From Vermamoeba vermiformis (taxonomy: Eukaryota), in NCBI GenBank assembly GCA_045837725.1, contig JBEWZL010000260.1, positions 124,001-188,000 on the forward strand: DNA of 64,000 nt. Direction: 5' to 3'. The notes under the pieces are model-generated. The model did not search any database. It had not been told where the DNA came from and worked only from the letters and a program-made list of their open reading frames with translations. Position numbers and translations under genes: made by a program. Shown piece by piece: positions 60,536-64,000 of this stretch (position 1 is its first letter; the number at the start of each line of letters is the position of its first letter).

Positions 60536-60621
60536 CTAGTGTTCTAACGCCTCAGTAACAGTAATTCGTTTCGCGTAGTCCATTTCAAGCCTTTTATTCA
60601 ATAAGTCTCGCGTGTTAACAG
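60536..60621 (-). pseudogene. Relic 3' fragment of a third kinase copy
   Basis: Translates PVNTRDLLNKRLEMDYAKRITVTEALEH*, matching both flanking kinases. Confidence 0.7.
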
Positions 60622-60900
60622 GTCTGGATCGGAACAAGTACTCGACATCGCCAAGGAATCGGAAGATTCCATCCGCTGCGAAGATCGGTTGCAACATCGG
60701 TTCTTTGACTTACCCTTCCTCTTCGAGAGCATCAACAGTTGTGTTGTGGAGTCTCTTTGTTTAACAAACCCTGCAATTTTGTCTGTTTTTAGCAGGTTGA
60801 GTTCCTTGAAAAAAAGTGGCCAAAAAAGTTCCTATTATTTCAGACGAGCATTATTGGACTATGCAAAACGGAATAACCACCACAACGAATACTAACGATT

Positions 60901-62234
60901 ATGGAAAACAATATTGAGGACGTAGACCTTGTTTCGGACTCCCTAAGCACAGAAGAGGATTTTATGTCGGATTCGTCTTCGGATGCATACCAAGACGAGT
61001 ACGGCGAGTTATTTATATTAGACAATCCAATTCCTCTCAGCGAATACTTGAAGGATTGGTGAGTATTCAATATGGAATTTTTATTTAAAATTTTTTGTTT
61101 GAATTTATTGAAAATACATTAATTAAAGGGTAACCTATTTATATTCTGAACGCCCAAAACACCACAATAAATATACTACTTCCAAAATTAATTAATTTGG
61201 GCTGAAAAATTGATTTATTAGGGTTTCTTTGGAAGTACCACAAGATCCGCAAGTTATTTCGAAACTGGACCAGTATGTGGTTACCCACGCTTGCGATGGA
61301 CTTTTTCAACTATTCGGCGTACGGAACAGAGACGGAGATCGATATTTTGCCAAATATGACGTCCAAGAATTGTACGAGACCGAAAAACGAAGTCACGAAG
61401 TGTTGGATCCGCTGAATTGTCCTTCGATTATCAAAATGGTCGACGCAATTCCAATAGGCGAAGGAGGAATCATAATGGTACCTATGTATAATCGGTATTC
61501 TAACGATCCACTAAGCCGGCATATACAGCTGGTCATGAAAAAGTTGTTGGAGGTAAATCCACCGAGATCCGCGTTTTATTTCAAAATGCCTGACGACATT
61601 GATAGGCGATTAAATTATGTCATGATAATGGCATTGCGCACAGAGATATTAAGCCTCAGAATATTGTTTGGAGGTTCGCAGATCCGGGCCGCTGCAAAAT
61701 TCTCGAGATCTTCCTTACAGATTTTGGACTAGCTTGCTTCGACTTCGAAGAATACGAAAATATGACTATAGAGACTATACCAGGCACATTGCGGTATTAT
61801 TCGCCAGAAAAACTAATGGGCCTCATTCCACCTGATCCGCGCGTCTGCGACATTTTTGCAGCTGGCGTTGTATTCTTAGAACTGGTGCGTCATTGTTGTC
61901 GTGCTAAAACGCTTATTAACCAAATTAGGCAATGCAAACAACAAAACCGGCATTTAAATATGGCACGTTGGCTGAAATTTTCAACGTCACGTTCAACTTT
62001 GAAGAAGTCGTAGGACATCTGTTGCTGCCTCACACAGCCGATTTATTGAAAAAAATGCTCGACATTGATTACTCGCAAAGAATAACAGTCAATGAAGCAT
62101 TAGAACATCAATTTTTCCGCGAAAAGTACGCAACTCGCATGCAATACGCAGTAGCGCACAAAATTGTCGGGAAAGCTGGCGGCTTTCTTTACAAACCTGA
62201 ATTCCTTACTCAATATAAACTAAATATTAACTAA
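60901..62234 (+). CDS. Small divergent Ser/Thr kinase, copy B
   Basis: Same 4-exon layout; HRDIKPQN, DFG, PGTLRYYSPEK, QRITVNEALEH. Confidence 0.85.
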
Positions 62235-62310
62235 ATGGCATGGAGTACTTAAAGAAAATAACGAATGATTTTAATTACAAACAAAGCGTACAAGCAAGTA
62301 GCGAAAATAC

Positions 62311-63917
62311 TCATTGGTTCGTAGCCAGTTTGGCCAACCACTTATTAGTCTTTTTCATATTTTGTTTGACCTTGAGTAAGGCCCGGAAATAATGCGCGAC
62401 ATCTTCTTCAGATTCGATCGTCTTGTTAAAGTATTCTTCTGTATAGCACAATGAACTTTCTGTTTCATGTGCTGTTACAGCGAAAACCTTCTTTTGCGCA
62501 GCAGACTCGGCTACACCATTGGCCCAATACTTCTTGTGAATGTTCTCCGTGGGATGTTTTATAACAACTCGGCTGACCCCATTCAAGCAGTAGAATTTGC
62601 ATTCTTTATACGCGATCTCGACGTCGATATAGTTCTTTACTTTTACCTCTCCCTTGTTATTTTTGTAAGGGTATGCAAAGGCCTTGGCCTCGTGTACCAG
62701 GCCGAGCTCATTGTTTTTCCAGAACTCTCCAGCAGGAATACCTCCTGGCTGAGCGTTATACTATGCAGCGGTTAAAAGGATTGAACAAGGGATTCGAGGC
62801 AATACGTTAACTGGAAGCCCAATAGAGCCTGTATCGAAACTTGATAGCGCGAAAGTTGGAAGTCCGGCAAAAGCCTGCTGGTTAGAGCTCCTGAAATGGT
62901 TGTCAGGATCATTATTGAAGCGTTCATAAGCTTACAAGAATTCCCATTCGGGCTCAAAGAACACGAGGCTATTCACTTCATTATAAATCTCCTCCCAATC
63001 GGCTTCTTTGTGGAATATCTTGTTGTTTGGATTTTTCGCATTGAGTGCTTCCATCAATTCTTCGTACACCTGAATATCTGAGTTAAGTCGCAATTTTCAT
63101 CTACACTGCATACCTTCGGCACGGCTTGTTTTAGTTCATCTGTAAGTTCTGGAAGGTGCTCAATGCTGACAACGTTCGGAGTAATTATAGCATTAACTAA
63201 CGCTTCAGCTTCAGGGCTTGATTTATCGGCTGTTATAATCGTTAGAAACGTTAATATCGCCGGTAAGAACAGTAACTTACGCAACTTGGGCCCAGTCTTC
63301 TTCGAACCTCTTTTTTTGACAGGAGCGCTAACTGCCACTCTCGGCAGTTCGCCCGCCACTGGTTTATGCTGAAATTGCGGAGTGCTCTTTACTTCCGTTT
63401 CGGTTCTCATTTTCTTTGGTCCTCCTTTCGCCATTGTGTCGCCACTTCTCTTTTTTAAAAGCGTCGAATGTATAGATAGATTCATTAGCATGGTATCGTA
63501 GTTTATGTATTCCATCGTTATATTCAGCCGTGTATCAAATCCGTTAGGGTCGTCTAGCAGATCTAAACGGCCAAAGTTCCACGCGTTCCGGATTCGGGCG
63601 GTAATGTCCATTAAAACCTGTTTGTCGGCCTTGAGAGCGCTGCTCCATGCAGGCACGATGCTTTTTAATATTGCCAAATACTCGTCAGCGGATTTGGCGT
63701 TGAGATCTTCGTAAAGTTTAACGAAGTTAATCTGCGAATCTTCAAGTTAAAACCGGTCGCATAAATTTAAACGATTATTAGCAGCTTGCAATAATTAATA
63801 ATACATTAACTTCGTACAACGAAATTAATTTCACTCTTAATAAACAATGCATGCTAGATTTGACGCTACATATTTTGCTGGTCGAGGAGAACTTACCGGT
63901 TTTCTGGTCTCAGCCAT
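62311..63917 (-). CDS. Multi-exon hypothetical protein with possible Uma2-like nuclease domain
   Basis: Spliced MAETRKP/INFVKLYEDL.., basic linker, last exon LVHEAK...KECKFYCLNGVSRVVIKHP. Confidence 0.55.
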
Positions 63918-64000
63918 TTATTAATTGGAATTGTGCTTTTTGTTGCAATAAAAAGCAGAAAATAAGAGATTGAAGCGGAACCAAAATTCATATTTGCACC

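Overview
Eukaryotic, gene-dense, intron-rich nuclear DNA (short GT-AG introns with CTAAC-like branch points). An amoebozoan-type protist is my inference, from the MTEYKLVIVGGGGVGKSALT Ras, the PKA-C with a long Q/N-rich N-terminus and the family-3 GPCR. Manual splicing supports about 28 protein genes. Conserved genes: SUT/SLC45-like transporter, two dual-specificity phosphatases, PEX19, MED21, PKA-C-like kinase, family-3 GPCR, RAI1/DXO, ALG8, sterol desaturase, MEA1-like, C2orf69-like, RTF2, SDR, GNAT, RNF216-like RBR ligase, Ras and ankyrin-RasGAP. Most notable: (i) a convergent pair of Crinkler/RHS-like nuclease genes (solo PD-(D/E)xK and NTPase-nuclease) overlapping a sharply CpG-depleted tract; (ii) a U12-type minor intron in ALG8; (iii) an in-frame RPA70N OB-fold/BTB fusion; (iv) a bacterial-looking secreted PKD protein with two tail-fibre-like repeats; (v) a long G-U-rich hairpin in a sterol desaturase intron; (vi) head-to-head Ras and RasGAP; (vii) an inverted kinase duplication with a relic third copy next to a Uma2-like nuclease gene. 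Several single-base frameshifts suggest assembly indel errors. All calls rest on motif recognition by eye; no searches were run, and CDS coordinates span introns.
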